Assembly (NCBI GenBank): GCA_030550235.1
Contig: JAUQPU010000002.1
Coordinates: 92,602 to 156,601 of the forward strand
Direction: 5' to 3'
Length of the DNA stretch: 64,000 nt
DNA from: Thermoproteota archaeon
GTDB lineage: Archaea; Thermoproteota; Nitrososphaeria_A; Caldarchaeales; Calditenuaceae
Shown here: positions 36,689 through 48,500 of the stretch, piece by piece
Layout: each line of letters opens with the position of its first letter
How positions within the stretch are numbered: the first letter of the stretch is position 1
The notes under the pieces: model-generated
Told to the model about the DNA's origin: nothing
The model's database searches: none
The model's input: the letters and a program-made list of their open reading frames with translations, nothing else
Translations under genes and position numbers: made by a program

Positions 36689-39019
36689 TCACGCTTGGCG
36701 CGTCATTTGGCCGTTCCGTCGAGCTCCTTGGAGCCTCCTAGCTAAGATCACTCCCACCCACAACCCTATCGCAACACCGGCAAGACCGGCCACCATCAAC
36801 CATACAGCGTCTGGCCCAGTGGCTGGCTGCCCTACCTGCGGCGGTCCACTACCGGATTTCAGAGACTCTCCAATTCCGCGGACCTCTGTCAACAGGCTCT
36901 GCAGAATCTGCCTATCCGACTCGAGGACGTTGATCCGCTCTGCCAGGTTGTTGAACCCGAACTCGATGTAGAGACTTGCTACAGCGAAGTTTCCCGTCTG
37001 GTCATACGCCACCACCGTCTGCGTGCCCTCCGACGTCAGCGGTGTGAAGATCCGCGCAGTGAAGGACCCCTCCTCGTTCGTCTTAGTATATGCCACCACG
37101 CTCCCAGAGATCTCTATGTATATGTTGGAGTCGGGCTGAAAGTTTGTCCCGACTATCGTTATGTCGCGCCCCGCGACTCCACTGGGCGGGGAGACGAAGA
37201 TCGAGGGGGCAGTCATGGCCCGCCTCCTTACGAATGCTATCTTCTGGTTCACACCGGTAAACTCTCCTAACCTACAGTCCGCCCACACCAGGTATACGTC
37301 ATCGGCTGTCGCCTTTATCGAGAAGTAGTCGCCAATGAATCTGCCACCCGGGAACCCGAAGTTGGGGTTACTGTATGAGTCGGTGACCCTAGTGCTCCCA
37401 ACCCTCTGGCCGAGCTCAGTTATCTCGAACCCCCACGTATCACCCTTGTCGCTGGACCTAGTATAGTAGATGTGGTATTTCGTCTCTACGGGGTCATCCC
37501 TCATATCACCCCACATCACATGGATTACGCCGTTCGGGTCTACCGTGATTGAGGGGAAGAACTGGAGCCTGCCGGTCTCGTCGTCGTTGAGTCTTTTCGG
37601 CTGGGACCAAGTTACTCCGCCGTCGAAGCTCCGGACAAAGTAGATGTCTCCGTCATCGAGCGGCTTGTCGGCTGGGCGTCCCGCAAAAACTATGTAGACC
37701 TCGCCACCCGGGCCAACCGCGAGCTGTGGGAATGAGGAGCCCCAGTTTCTGAATGCTGCATTTCTAGGTGTAAAGCTTACCTCGTTGAAGATCGCGGCCC
37801 TTATCGGGCCCCTCCAACTCCTGCCACCATCAGTGCTAACGGCTACGTGTATCTCTCCCAACCCCTTAGCGCTGTCATCATCCTGCGTGTCGAGCCATGC
37901 CACGTAAAGTGTGCCATCTGGTGCGACAGCCGGCTGTGAGCCCTGAACAACTCTCTTCTGCCTAGACTCCTCGCCATATCCCCTAATTACTACCGGGCTG
38001 ACTTTGATAGGTGGAGTCATAACTGCGAAGTCTGTCGAGGACTTGACGAACTTGATAACCGACTCTATCCTTGGGTTCCCGAGAAAGACGAGCTCCTCCA
38101 CATAGAATATGTCCCATACTACTGAGAACTCCGTATAAGTTACGTAGATGGCGTCGCGGCTAGGGTCGTTTTTGTCTGGTCCAACGGTCATCCATGGCTT
38201 GTCGAGGAAGGAGAAGGCTATGCTGCCCCGCAGCCTCCCCTTTTCATCGACTCCAATATCTCTGAAAGTGATTCCGCTCCTTGCGACAGAGACAGGCTCG
38301 GACCAGCTGAAGCCGCCATCCGGGCTCTTCGAAACCACTATGCTTGAGACAATTTCCTCAGAGACTGCCGAGCCTATCCTATACTCCTCAATCCCAATCG
38401 AGATTGAGGCGAAATAAGCATTCCCCTCTCTATCGAAGGCCACGACCGGGTCTCCGCCTGAACCCGCATCATCCTTCAAGTATCTGACCTGCCTAGGCCC
38501 ACTCCATGTCTCTCCACCGTCGAGGCTGACGTAGGCGCTCACTCCTGCGAAGTTATAGTCAATAACGCCGACTAGCAGGTGGTTAGGGTTTTTCGGATTC
38601 ACCGCGATATGGGGCTCCGTCTGAATAGGCGCTCTGCTGAAGTCGCGTGTTATTATGATGTTTCTGCTGAAGGCTGGTGCGGGGCTTCTGAAGGGAACCA
38701 GTATGCCTGCAGCCCCTGGCGCCTGTAGAGAGAATAGCCTCAGGCCAGCCCCCTCACCTCCAGCCTCCACTCTCTTTTCTCCAGGCTCCCCACCTGCCTC
38801 ACCAAGCCTCATCACAGGGTCCTCGCCCCGCGCCACAACACCCAGCCTCCCTGTCAAGAGACTTGACAAAAACTTGGTCGACTGGAACTCAATCCTCAGT
38901 CCTCCACCGAGATTAGCCTCCTCAAGCGAATAGACGAGCGGGAGAACCATCATTAATGCAAGAAATGCTCCAAGGAAGGATACGGCTAACCTCTTCATGG
39001 TGAAAATATCTCCATTCAC
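36689..39019 (-). CDS. Secreted, membrane-anchored BNR/Asp-box beta-propeller (sialidase-like) protein
   Basis: Signal peptide; five Asp-boxes (SLDGGETWS, SPDGGFSWS, STDGGRSWR, SFDGGVTWS, SSDKGDTWG); Ig-like domain; C-terminal TM. Confidence 0.85.
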   Translation of the reverse strand: MNGDIFTMKRLAVSFLGAFLALMMVLPLVYSLEEANLGGGLRIEFQSTKFLSSLLTGRLGVVARGEDPVMRLGEAGGEPGEKRVEAGGEGAGLRLFSLQAPGAAGILVPFRSPAPAFSRNIIITRDFSRAPIQTEPHIAVNPKNPNHLLVGVIDYNFAGVSAYVSLDGGETWSGPRQVRYLKDDAGSGGDPVVAFDREGNAYFASISIGIEEYRIGSAVSEEIVSSIVVSKSPDGGFSWSEPVSVARSGITFRDIGVDEKGRLRGSIAFSFLDKPWMTVGPDKNDPSRDAIYVTYTEFSVVWDIFYVEELVFLGNPRIESVIKFVKSSTDFAVMTPPIKVSPVVIRGYGEESRQKRVVQGSQPAVAPDGTLYVAWLDTQDDDSAKGLGEIHVAVSTDGGRSWRGPIRAAIFNEVSFTPRNAAFRNWGSSFPQLAVGPGGEVYIVFAGRPADKPLDDGDIYFVRSFDGGVTWSQPKRLNDDETGRLQFFPSITVDPNGVIHVMWGDMRDDPVETKYHIYYTRSSDKGDTWGFEITELGQRVGSTRVTDSYSNPNFGFPGGRFIGDYFSIKATADDVYLVWADCRLGEFTGVNQKIAFVRRRAMTAPSIFVSPPSGVAGRDITIVGTNFQPDSNIYIEISGSVVAYTKTNEEGSFTARIFTPLTSEGTQTVVAYDQTGNFAVASLYIEFGFNNLAERINVLESDRQILQSLLTEVRGIGESLKSGSGPPQVGQPATGPDAVWLMVAGLAGVAIGLWVGVILARRLQGARRNGQMTRQA

Positions 39020-39088
39020 TGTTATTAACTTTTGGCCTCTACATTATTTTTAAGTATCCTTAATTGACCTATGCTTGAGGTCTGTGCC

Positions 39089-40015
39089 ATGAGGGTGGTT
39101 AGGGTAGAGAGTCCGCGTGGTGGGGCAAGGCTAGGCGTGGTTGTTGATGATGAGGTGGCTTTACTGCCTGAGAAGAGGTATGGGTCGGGGAGAGGGTTTA
39201 TAGCCCTTGTCCGAGAGGCGGCGAGAAGGCGAGTCTCAGCCGCCCAATACCTCCAGCAGAGGATTAGCAGCGATAGGCGTGTGAAGAGGATTCGATACTC
39301 AGAGCTTGGTGAAAGAGCTGTGAGAGGATTCCGCCTCCTCATGCCTATAGTCCCGCCGGAGGTCTGGGGAGCGGGCGTAACCTATCTTAGAAGCCGCGAG
39401 GCCCGCGAATATGAGACGAAGGCAAAGGGAATCTACGACTTGGTTTACGAGGCCGAAAGGCCTGAGATTTTCTTCAAGGCCACTCCCTCCCGCTGCGTCG
39501 GGCCTGAGGAGGTGGCATATATCAGGAGTGATACGAGATGGTCGGTGCCTGAGCCTGAGCTCGCCATAGTACTAGGTCCGAAGCAAGAGATAGTCGGTTA
39601 CACGATAGGAAACGACTTATCAGCAAGGGATATTGAGGGAGAGAACCCCCTCTATCTCCCACAAGCCAAGATCTATAGAGGCTGCTGCGTCATCGGGCCG
39701 GCCATAGCCCTGCCAGAGACAATTGGAGACCCGAAAAACCTCCGGATTGAGATGAGAGTACTCCGCGAGGGGGCTGAGATCTTCAAGGGCTGGGTAAACA
39801 CCTCAAACCTGAAGAGGGGCCTGGATGAGCTTGTAAGCTATTTGGCACGAGACAACGTCATCCCAGCCGGTACTGTGCTTCTAACAGGGACAGGAATTGT
39901 TCCACCAGACGACTTCTCTCTAAGGAGCGGCGACATAGTAGAAATCGAGATCGAGAAGATCGGCGTGCTCCGCAACAGGATTGAACAGCTCAGTAGCCGA
40001 GGTAAACGGTCTTAA
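39089..40015 (+). CDS. kdaD: FAH-family 2-keto-3-deoxy-pentonate dehydratase
   Basis: PPEVWGAGVTY, VYEAERPEIFFKATP, PEPEL, NDLSARDIEGENPLYLPQAKIY, matching KdaD/XylX-type enzymes. Confidence 0.82.
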   Translation: MRVVRVESPRGGARLGVVVDDEVALLPEKRYGSGRGFIALVREAARRRVSAAQYLQQRISSDRRVKRIRYSELGERAVRGFRLLMPIVPPEVWGAGVTYLRSREAREYETKAKGIYDLVYEAERPEIFFKATPSRCVGPEEVAYIRSDTRWSVPEPELAIVLGPKQEIVGYTIGNDLSARDIEGENPLYLPQAKIYRGCCVIGPAIALPETIGDPKNLRIEMRVLREGAEIFKGWVNTSNLKRGLDELVSYLARDNVIPAGTVLLTGTGIVPPDDFSLRSGDIVEIEIEKIGVLRNRIEQLSSRGKRS

Positions 40016-41447
40016 TCTTCGTGTAGAAGTCCAGAGCAGTCTCGCCTTGCTCTCTCATCATTCCAAAGCTTGATTTTTTGTATCCTCCGAACGGAACATG
40101 TGGCTCTAACCCCGTTGTTGGCTTGTTTATCTTGACTACTCCTGCCTGTACCCGATTGATGAACTCGAAGGCTCGTGGGAGGCTTCGGGTGAAGATGGAG
40201 GCAGAAAGGCCGTATTCAATTTTGTTGGCCAGCTCTATGGCCTCGTCAAAGCTATGTGCCCGCATTATTGCTAGGACGGGCCCGAATATCTCCTCCTGAG
40301 CTATCCTCATGTCTGGGTTGACATCTGTGAATATTGTGGGCTCGACAAAGTATCCTTTTGAATGTTCGGGGCCTGTGAGTCTCTTCCCGCCCAAGAGGAG
40401 TTTAGCACCCTCATTAACCCCGACCTGAATGTAGTCGAGGATCTTATTCATCTCCTTCTCACCCACTACGGGCCCCATCTCTACACCCTCCACTAGGCCG
40501 TTGCCAACCTTGATTCTCTTAACCCGCTCAACAAGCTTCTTCTCAAACTCGCCTGCTATGCTATCGAGGACTATTGCGCGGCTGGTGGCGGTGCATGCTT
40601 GGCCCGTTAGGCCGAAGGCCCCCCTCACGACCATTTCAACGGCCCTATCAATATCTGCGTCGTCAAGAACTACCGCTGGGTTTTTTCCGCCTAGCTCCAG
40701 CTGAATCCTGATATTCCTTGCACCTGCGGCCCTTTTAATCTCTTCCCCCACCTCCAGCGAGCCTGTGAAGGATATCGCGTCTATCTTCGGGCTGCTGATT
40801 AGCTCGGAGCCAACCGTTGAGCCTGGGCCTGTGATGAAGTTGAGGATGCCTGGCGGTAGCCCTGACCGTTGGAGAGCATCGACTATCCTGTAGGCTATCA
40901 AGGGCGTATAGCTGGCAGGCTTGAAGACGACTGCGTTTCCACAGATAAGCGCGGGTGCAATCTTCCAAGAAGGTATGGCTATCGGGAAATTCCAAGGTGT
41001 TATAATTGATACGACGCCGAGAGGTTCTCGGAGGGTGAATATGTGAGTATTTGGCTCTGCCGAGGGTGTGAACTCCCCTCTCAGCCTATAGCCCATGACC
41101 CCGTAGAATCTGAATATGCTGACAGCCCTCGCAACCTCTGCCCTACTCTCAGCAAGCGTCTTCCCCTCCTCCCTCGTCAGCAGCCTCGCCAGCTCGTCCG
41201 CCTCACCCTCCAAAATCTGTGCAGCTTTAACAAGGATTCTACCTCTCTCGGGGACAGGGGTCACCGCCCACTTCGCCTGTGCCTCCCTCGCGACATCAAT
41301 AGCCCTGACGGCGTCCTGCCTAGACAGTAGCGGGAACTCCGCGACGATATCTCCCGTGTCAGCTGGATTAATGTCCTTGAACACTTTGCCGTCGGCTGAT
41401 ACTATCTTCTCGCCCCCAATTATGCAGGGATAAAGGCTCCCAGACAA
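39990..41447 (-). CDS. Aldehyde dehydrogenase, probably 2,5-dioxopentanoate dehydrogenase
   Basis: ITPWNFP, FTGS, LELGGKN, GQACTA, EEIFGP; adjacent to kdaD. Confidence 0.88.
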   Translation of the reverse strand: MSGSLYPCIIGGEKIVSADGKVFKDINPADTGDIVAEFPLLSRQDAVRAIDVAREAQAKWAVTPVPERGRILVKAAQILEGEADELARLLTREEGKTLAESRAEVARAVSIFRFYGVMGYRLRGEFTPSAEPNTHIFTLREPLGVVSIITPWNFPIAIPSWKIAPALICGNAVVFKPASYTPLIAYRIVDALQRSGLPPGILNFITGPGSTVGSELISSPKIDAISFTGSLEVGEEIKRAAGARNIRIQLELGGKNPAVVLDDADIDRAVEMVVRGAFGLTGQACTATSRAIVLDSIAGEFEKKLVERVKRIKVGNGLVEGVEMGPVVGEKEMNKILDYIQVGVNEGAKLLLGGKRLTGPEHSKGYFVEPTIFTDVNPDMRIAQEEIFGPVLAIMRAHSFDEAIELANKIEYGLSASIFTRSLPRAFEFINRVQAGVVKINKPTTGLEPHVPFGGYKKSSFGMMREQGETALDFYTKIKTVYLGY

Positions 41448-41554
41448 CTCGTATCTGAGAGGACATGGATGGATAAAAATCCTTCACGCATAAGTGGTAT
41501 GGCGGACTGTTGGAGAAAACTCTTTAATACACGCTGGACACAGCATCTTGCGAG

Positions 41555-43249
41555 ATGTCAGGTTCGAGGAAAGGAGCTGTTTATAGCACCGAAAGGTTCG
41601 CAGGAACGCTTAACGCTCCTCACAGATCTTTCCTCTGGTCTGTAGGTCTTGACCTCAGTGATATTGGCAAGCCACTGGCAGGTGTTGTAGTTGCTTGGAG
41701 CGAGTCAGGCCCTTGTAACTTCCATACTCTGAACCTGATTGGCTATGTCAAGCAGGGTCTACGCGACTCCGGCTGCGTGGGTCTTGCAATGCCTACAATC
41801 GTCGTGAACGACAACATCTCCATGGGAACTGCGGGAATGAGGTATAGCCTCGTGAGCAGAGAGGTTATCGCCGACAGTGTCGAGGCCCAGATAGTGGCCC
41901 ACGCTTATGATGGTTTTGTAGCTGTAGGGGGGTGTGATAAGACCCAGCCCGGCCTGATGATGGCTATGGCGAGGATTAACAGGCCCTCGATATACATGTA
42001 TGGGGGTTCAGCCGAGCCAGGTTTCATAGGCGAGAAGAAGTTCACTATAGAGGATGTCCACGAGTATGTAGGCGCCTACATCACTGGTAAAGTCTCGGAG
42101 CAGGAGCTGCTGCAGGTTGAGCTTATCGCCCACCCCACCTACGGTGCATGTGCAGGCCTCTTCACAGCCAACACAATGGCCCTCCTAAGCGAGGGGCTGG
42201 GCCTAGCACTACTAGGAAGCTCGAGCCCGACTGCAACCTCCGCGAGGAGGGCAATCTACGCTTACGAGACAGGGAAAGCCCTCGGCCAGCTCTTTGAAAA
42301 CGATATAAAACCACGCGATATTCTAAAATACGAAACGTTTAGAAACGCAGCCACACTACTTATGGCCTCAGGTGGGTCTACAAATGGGATACTCCATCTC
42401 TTGGCGCTGGCCTATGAGGCAGGTGTCAAGTTCACCCTCGACGACATAGACGAGGTCTCGAGAAAAACACCCTATATACTAAACATGAGGCCTGCGGGTG
42501 AGTATGTGATGATGGACCTGGACAGGGTTGGAGGCGCCCCACTCCTACTGAAGAAGCTTCTGGATGCTGGTCTTCTTGAAGGCAGCGTATTAACAGTCTC
42601 GGGAAAGACATTGGCCCAGAGCCTGAGAGAGTATCGACTGCCCAACGTCCCACACGACTACATAGTCAAAGACCCATCCAGGCCGATTAAGAAGACTGGA
42701 GGAATCAGGATTCTTAGAGGGTCTCTGGCTCCCGAAGGAGCTGTCGTGAAGACCGCGGCCACAGGCGTTACTAGGTTTGAGGGGGCTGCTCGAGTCTTCG
42801 ACGATGAGGAGCCGGCCTTTGAGGCGATTAGGAGAGGCGATGTAAGGGAAGGAGAGGTGTTGGTTATAAGGTATGTGGGGCCGAAGGGTGCGCCCGGAAT
42901 GCCTGAGATGTTGAGGGTTACGGCCGCCCTCTCCGGCGCGGGGCTTGGAGAGTCTGTAGCCATGGTGACTGACGGTAGGTTCAGCGGCGCGACTAAGGGG
43001 ATTATGGTGGGTCATGTCTCGCCTGAGGCCGTGGCTGGAGGGCCGATAGCGTTTGTTGAGGATGGCGACAGGATACTGATTGACACGGAGGCGGGGAGGC
43101 TAGACCTCCTCGTGCCGAAGGAGGAGCTGGAACGGAGAAAGAGTGTGTTAAGGCTGAAACCCCCGAAGGCTACTTCAGGGCTTCTCGCAAAGTATGCCTC
43201 CCTCGTCGCCTCCGCCTCGGTGGGGGCTGTAACCCTACCACGTCTCTAG
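41555..43249 (+). CDS. ilvD: Dihydroxy-acid dehydratase
   Basis: [50 protein letters not shown]. Confidence 0.93.
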   Translation: MSGSRKGAVYSTERFAGTLNAPHRSFLWSVGLDLSDIGKPLAGVVVAWSESGPCNFHTLNLIGYVKQGLRDSGCVGLAMPTIVVNDNISMGTAGMRYSLVSREVIADSVEAQIVAHAYDGFVAVGGCDKTQPGLMMAMARINRPSIYMYGGSAEPGFIGEKKFTIEDVHEYVGAYITGKVSEQELLQVELIAHPTYGACAGLFTANTMALLSEGLGLALLGSSSPTATSARRAIYAYETGKALGQLFENDIKPRDILKYETFRNAATLLMASGGSTNGILHLLALAYEAGVKFTLDDIDEVSRKTPYILNMRPAGEYVMMDLDRVGGAPLLLKKLLDAGLLEGSVLTVSGKTLAQSLREYRLPNVPHDYIVKDPSRPIKKTGGIRILRGSLAPEGAVVKTAATGVTRFEGAARVFDDEEPAFEAIRRGDVREGEVLVIRYVGPKGAPGMPEMLRVTAALSGAGLGESVAMVTDGRFSGATKGIMVGHVSPEAVAGGPIAFVEDGDRILIDTEAGRLDLLVPKEELERRKSVLRLKPPKATSGLLAKYASLVASASVGAVTLPRL

Positions 43250-43257
43250 CCAGAAGC

Positions 43258-44280
43258 ATGTACAGGATATCTGTGATTCCCGGCGACGGAATAGGTCCAA
43301 CAGTCACGCAACATACTAAGCGGCTACTTCTAGAGCTGAGCTCAGCTGCTGGATTCGGCTTAGAGTTTATTGAGGCTCCGGCTGGCGACAAGATTGCAGC
43401 CGAGACTGGTGAGGCCCTACCACGGGACTCGTTCCAAAAGATTGCCTCATCCGACGCCTGCCTAAAAGGGCCGGTGGGTGAGACAGCCCGAGACGTGATA
43501 GTTTTCCTAAGGCAGAAGCTTGACCTCTACGCCAACATCAGGCCGTTCAAGACCTATCGCGGCGTCAAGACCCACTGGAGCGGGGTCGACTTCGTGATAG
43601 TGCGTGAGAATACCGAGGACCTGTATAAGGGTGTAGAGGATGTGGGGCTTGACCACGCCGTCTCACTCCTCGTCATAACGCGCCGCGGCACCGAGCGTAT
43701 TGCACGTGTCGCCCTGAACATGGCTAGGGAACGTCGTGGGAAAGTCACGGTAGTGCATAAGGGGAATGTTGTCTCCTCCTATAGGTTCTTCAGGAATGTT
43801 GCGATGGAGGTCCTAGGACAAGGGGGCGTCTCGGTGGATGAAATGTATGTTGATAATGCGGCGTATCAGATGGTTGTGAACCCCGCGGTATTTGATGTGG
43901 TATTGACACCCAACATGTTCGGAGACATCCTCTCCGACCTAGCAGCGGGGGTTACAGGCTCCATCGGGCTGGCAGGCTCAGCCAACATTGGTGAGAACAT
44001 GGGCGTCTTCGAGCCAGTACACGGCTCTGCCCCTGGCCTTAATCCTGAATACGCTAACCCAGTAGCCACGATACTATCCTCCTCTTACATGCTTGGCTGG
44101 CTTGGAATGTCTAGGAGTGACGTGAGGCTGGCTCGTGTCTCGAAGGCGGTTGAGCGCGCTGTCACGCTGGTTCTCGACGAGGCTCGTGTCTTGACTCCGG
44201 ATTTGGGCGGCCGCGCGAGGGGGAGCGAGGTGGCTGACGCTATCCTGAATAGGGCGCTCGAGCTCCTGTCTATAGAGTAG
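43258..44280 (+). CDS. leuB: Isopropylmalate/isocitrate dehydrogenase family (LeuB-like)
   Basis: GDGIGP, YANIRP, RENTEDLY, HKGNV, NMFGDILSD, EPVHGSAP; exact substrate not resolvable by eye. Confidence 0.72.
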   Translation: MYRISVIPGDGIGPTVTQHTKRLLLELSSAAGFGLEFIEAPAGDKIAAETGEALPRDSFQKIASSDACLKGPVGETARDVIVFLRQKLDLYANIRPFKTYRGVKTHWSGVDFVIVRENTEDLYKGVEDVGLDHAVSLLVITRRGTERIARVALNMARERRGKVTVVHKGNVVSSYRFFRNVAMEVLGQGGVSVDEMYVDNAAYQMVVNPAVFDVVLTPNMFGDILSDLAAGVTGSIGLAGSANIGENMGVFEPVHGSAPGLNPEYANPVATILSSSYMLGWLGMSRSDVRLARVSKAVERAVTLVLDEARVLTPDLGGRARGSEVADAILNRALELLSIE

Positions 44281-44969
44281 TGATGCGTCTCCTCTCCCTC
44301 TTCACGGGGGGAAAAGACTCTACACTCTCGGTGGAGCTGGCGCGGGAGGCTGGGCATGAGATAGCCCTGCTGGTTACGGTACGCTCCCTTGAGAGGGACT
44401 CTTGGATGTTCCATACAAGCTGCGTAGGTATCCAGCATCTCCAGGCAGAAGCCATGGGCATAGACCACGAGTACATTGATGTTAGCGGGAGAAAGGAGAT
44501 CGAGGTTCAGGAGCTCTATACAGTCCTTAAAGGTCTGGTGAAGGAGTATGGCGTGGATGGGCTGCTGACCGGTGGACTGGCAAGCCAGTACCAGAAGAGC
44601 AGGGTTGAGTGGCTAGCCAAGAATCTAAGTATCCAGCACATTGCCCCCTGCTGGGGGATGGAGCCAGGTGAGGTTATGAGAACTGTCTTGAAAAGGGGAT
44701 ATGTCGTCTTGATGGTCGCGGTGAGTGCTTATGGTCTCGGGCCAGAGTGGCTGGGTAGGCGGCTCGACTCCAAAGCAGTGGAGGAACTCATAGGCCTCTC
44801 GGAGAGATATGGATTCAACCTGGCAGGTGAGGGTGGAGAGTATGAAACCCTAGTACAGGACACACCCTTCTTCAGATACACCTTGAGGGTTGAGGCTGAG
44901 CCTGTCTGGCTTGGCGACAGAGGGTATCTGAGGCTTAAAGAAGCCTCACTCACCTCGAAGATCCCTTAA
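44280..44969 (+). CDS. dph6: Diphthine-ammonia ligase
   Basis: FTGGKDS, DSWMFH, ASQYQK, AGEGGEYET. Confidence 0.88.
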   Translation: MMRLLSLFTGGKDSTLSVELAREAGHEIALLVTVRSLERDSWMFHTSCVGIQHLQAEAMGIDHEYIDVSGRKEIEVQELYTVLKGLVKEYGVDGLLTGGLASQYQKSRVEWLAKNLSIQHIAPCWGMEPGEVMRTVLKRGYVVLMVAVSAYGLGPEWLGRRLDSKAVEELIGLSERYGFNLAGEGGEYETLVQDTPFFRYTLRVEAEPVWLGDRGYLRLKEASLTSKIP

Positions 44970-45515
44970 AATCGAGTATGTAAGTCCCCAAACCACCACA
45001 TCCCCCCAGATATAGGCGTCAACATTTAGAGCCCCTCTCGGAGTCTCCACAACCCTCCTCACCCTCTCCAGCCCGAAAAGGGGAGACCATCTATAATCCT
45101 CCAGCTCGTCTGAGAGCCTAATAACTGGTTTTCCATCAAGTAAAAAGACGAGGGGGTGGACACTTAGCTCAGGCCTATTTCTTGGGCTTCTAGGCTTCAG
45201 CCATCCTAAGAGTCTTAAAAGTCCAGACTCTATCCCCACCTCCTCCCAAACCTCCCTTAGGGCCGTGTCAAGTATGTTCTTGTCCAGGTCCTTCCAGAAC
45301 CCGCCTGGAAGGGCCCAGTTCCCACTCCACGGGTCTCCAAGCCTATTACTCCTCCTAACCAGCAAAACTTCGCCGGTTTGCGTAAGTATAGCAGAGACGG
45401 CGCACACTCCCCGGCCGCCTTGTGGAGCCTGAGCATACCTAGTTAATGATATGCGAGTAATCCAGTCAACCACTCTGAATACTCCTAAAAGGAATAATAT
45501 TTGAGGATGAGCCAA
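44946..45515 (-). CDS. Nudix hydrolase, CoA pyrophosphatase-like (start probably downstream of 45515)
   Basis: DPWSGNWALPGG, TALREVWEEVG, VWGLT. Confidence 0.85.
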   Translation of the reverse strand: MAHPQILFLLGVFRVVDWITRISLTRYAQAPQGGRGVCAVSAILTQTGEVLLVRRSNRLGDPWSGNWALPGGFWKDLDKNILDTALREVWEEVGIESGLLRLLGWLKPRSPRNRPELSVHPLVFLLDGKPVIRLSDELEDYRWSPLFGLERVRRVVETPRGALNVDAYIWGDVVVWGLTYSILRDLRGE

Positions 45516-45537
45516 CTACCTCCATAATAGCCTAGTT

Positions 45538-48500
45538 TTGAGGTCGGTCTACGTCTCGCTCTGCCCCAACTGCGAGGGAGCAATCACGGATGAGGAGCTG
45601 GCCGAGTGGGGAGTCTGCCAGCAGTGCATCCTCGAAGAGCCAAGGGGAGAGGGCAGGCCGGTGATAAAGCCGGGTAGATATGTCCAGGTGCTAGAAATGT
45701 TTGAGGGGTTTCGGGAGTTTGAGGAGTTCTTTGCAGGCCTTGTAGGTTCTCGCCCATGGTCTCTCCAGAGGACTTGGACTAGGAGGGTCCTCCTAGGTAG
45801 AAGCTTCCCAGTAATAGCGCCAACCGGGACTGGGAAGACCACATTCTGTCTTGTAATGGCCCTATACCAAGCTACCAAGGGTAAGAGATCATACATCATA
45901 GTCCCCACGAGCCTCCTCGTCCAGCACCTACTCGAGAGGGCCTCAGCATTGGCCTCCAAGCTCGGGGGAAACAAGCCGAGGATAGTTGGATACTATTCTG
46001 ATATGAGGAAAAAAACGACCGGCCAAGTGCTTAAACAAATCGTCGAGAAAGACTTCGACATACTAATCACTACGGACAGATTTCTCTACAATAAATTTGA
46101 GCTACTAAAGGATACAAAATTCTCCTTCATATTTGTGGACGATGTTGACTCCTTCCTGAAGTCTCCGAGGAACATCGACAAAATCCTTCTCCTGATGGGG
46201 TTCACTCAAGAGGAGATTGAGAAGTATCTCAGATTGATCTCTGGAAAGGATGGGGACTCTGGAGATGGTGGTGAGGATGAGGCATCCTTGGCAACCAGTA
46301 GGCCGCTGGACTCTGTCCTGCTGGTTGCGGGTGCAACTATGAAGGGTAGGAGGAGCAAGAGGATGAGCCTGTTCAAGCTTGCGTTAAACTTCGAGCCCGG
46401 AAGCTCAATAGACCTAGTCAGGAACATCTCGAACATGTATCTCAGGCCTGGCACGAGCATCTTGGAGAGCGTCGGCGAACTTGTAAAAAGACATGGTGGG
46501 GGATGCCTCGTCTTTGTACCGCAGGTTGATGGAGTTGATGCTGCGAAGAAACTAGCGCAGTATCTTAACAGCATAGGAGTCAAAGCATATGCATATGAGA
46601 GGATGAATGTGAAGATGCTAGAGCGGTTTAGGTCCGGCGAATACGATGTATTAGTTGGCGTTGCAAGCATTAGAAGTCCTCTCGCAAGGGGAATCGACCT
46701 CCCTGAGCGGATAAGGTATGTTGTCTTCGCTGGTGTGCCGAGACGCGAGTTAACAGTGACCTGGAGTGAGCACCGGCCCTCCATGTTGCTGAGCGTTTTC
46801 AGGAGTCTGGCGCCAATTATCAGGGAGAAGAGGGAGGGAGAGCTCATACAGGTCATGGGCATGCTGAACAAGTGCGTGCCTACTCGGAGAGAAATACTGG
46901 AGATTGTGAAGCAGGGGATCGAGACTGGAAAGACCCCTGAAGGTTTCGCAGGCTATGTATACAATGCTGTTAAACGGGCCCACCAGCTCTTGAAATCCTC
47001 AATCGGTGAAGAGGAGATGAAAAGAATCGCTGAGATGCTGGATCTAAAGATTCGGGTTGATGAGAGGGGCCTCTCAATACTGATACCAGACATCGACGGT
47101 TACGTCCAGGCGTCCGGCCGCTCGTCGCGAATGTTTGCAGGAGGAATAACTAGGGGTATCTCCATATTGATTGTCGATGATGAGAAAGCTTTCAGAGGGA
47201 TTTCAAGGGGGCTTGAAACACTCTATGAGGAGACCTTCCAAGAATATGAGCGAGGCCTAGCAGAGGAGGAGTTCAAGATATGTGATAGGGATAGGAGGCT
47301 TCTGCAGGCGATAAGCAGAGAGGAGGTAAGGCCTGAAGCGATTGATATTCTAAAATCTTCTCTAATTATTGTCGAGTCTCCGACAAAGGCCAGGACGCTG
47401 GCCTACTTCTTCGGTAAGCCGGCTAGGAGGAGTATTGATGGGTTAACAGTCTATGAGTCTGTGGGTGAGGGGTATGTTGCATGCCTCTCAGCCTCTCAAG
47501 GACATCTGGTAGACCTGACGACAGGGTATGGGTTCCATGGAGTATCAATCACAGACGGCGAGATAATACCAACATACATCGATATTAAAAGATGCTTGAG
47601 ATGTGGAGAGCAGTTTACAGATGGCGAGTCCTGTCCAAACTGTGGCTCAAGGAGATTTTATAGCAAGAGAGACATAATCGAGTCTCTCCGAAAACTCGCA
47701 CTTGAGTTTGATACGGTCTTTATAGCTACTGACCCAGACGCTGAGGGTGAAAAGATCGGCTACGACATATATAACAACATCAAGCCATTTAACAAATCAA
47801 TTAGCCGCCTAGAGTTTCACGAGATTACTCGGAAGGCTCTGCGCGACGCTCTCAAATCCCCCCGAGGCCTCTCGCTGCCGCTGGTTGAGGCCCAGACCGT
47901 TAGGAGGATTGAGGATAGGTGGCTGGGTTTTGAGCTAAGCCGCCGTCTCTGGGAGCGCTTCGGTAAGAAGCATCTCTCGGCTGGGCGTGTCCAGACACCT
48001 GTCCTCGGCTGGATTATCCAGAGAATGGAGGAGTCTAAGAAGAGGAGGACCGTCGCGACGCTGATTCTCGACGACGGCTCAGAGATAGTTTTAGAGAATA
48101 TCGAGAACCTCGAAGATGTCAGAAAGAACTATCGTGATGGGACGCTCCAGGTCGAGGTATTGGATGCAGGAGTTGTTGATGAGACTGTCCTCTCCCCGAA
48201 GCCCTACACCACAGACTCGCTCCTACGCGACGCCTCAGTTATGCTGAGGATGAGTACTGCCGAGGCTATGACGGTGGCTCAGAGACTCTTTGAATCCGGT
48301 CTAATAACGTATCACAGGACAGGCTCCACTTATGTCTCCACGACAGGAATATCTATAGCTAAGATCTACATCAGCGAAAACTATCCACAATATTTCGCTC
48401 CAAGGCACCATGGGGAGCCTGGAGCACACGAGTGCATCAGACCTACAAGACCGCTCAACAGGAGGCAGCTCGAACTCTACATCCAGTCGGGGATGCTCCG

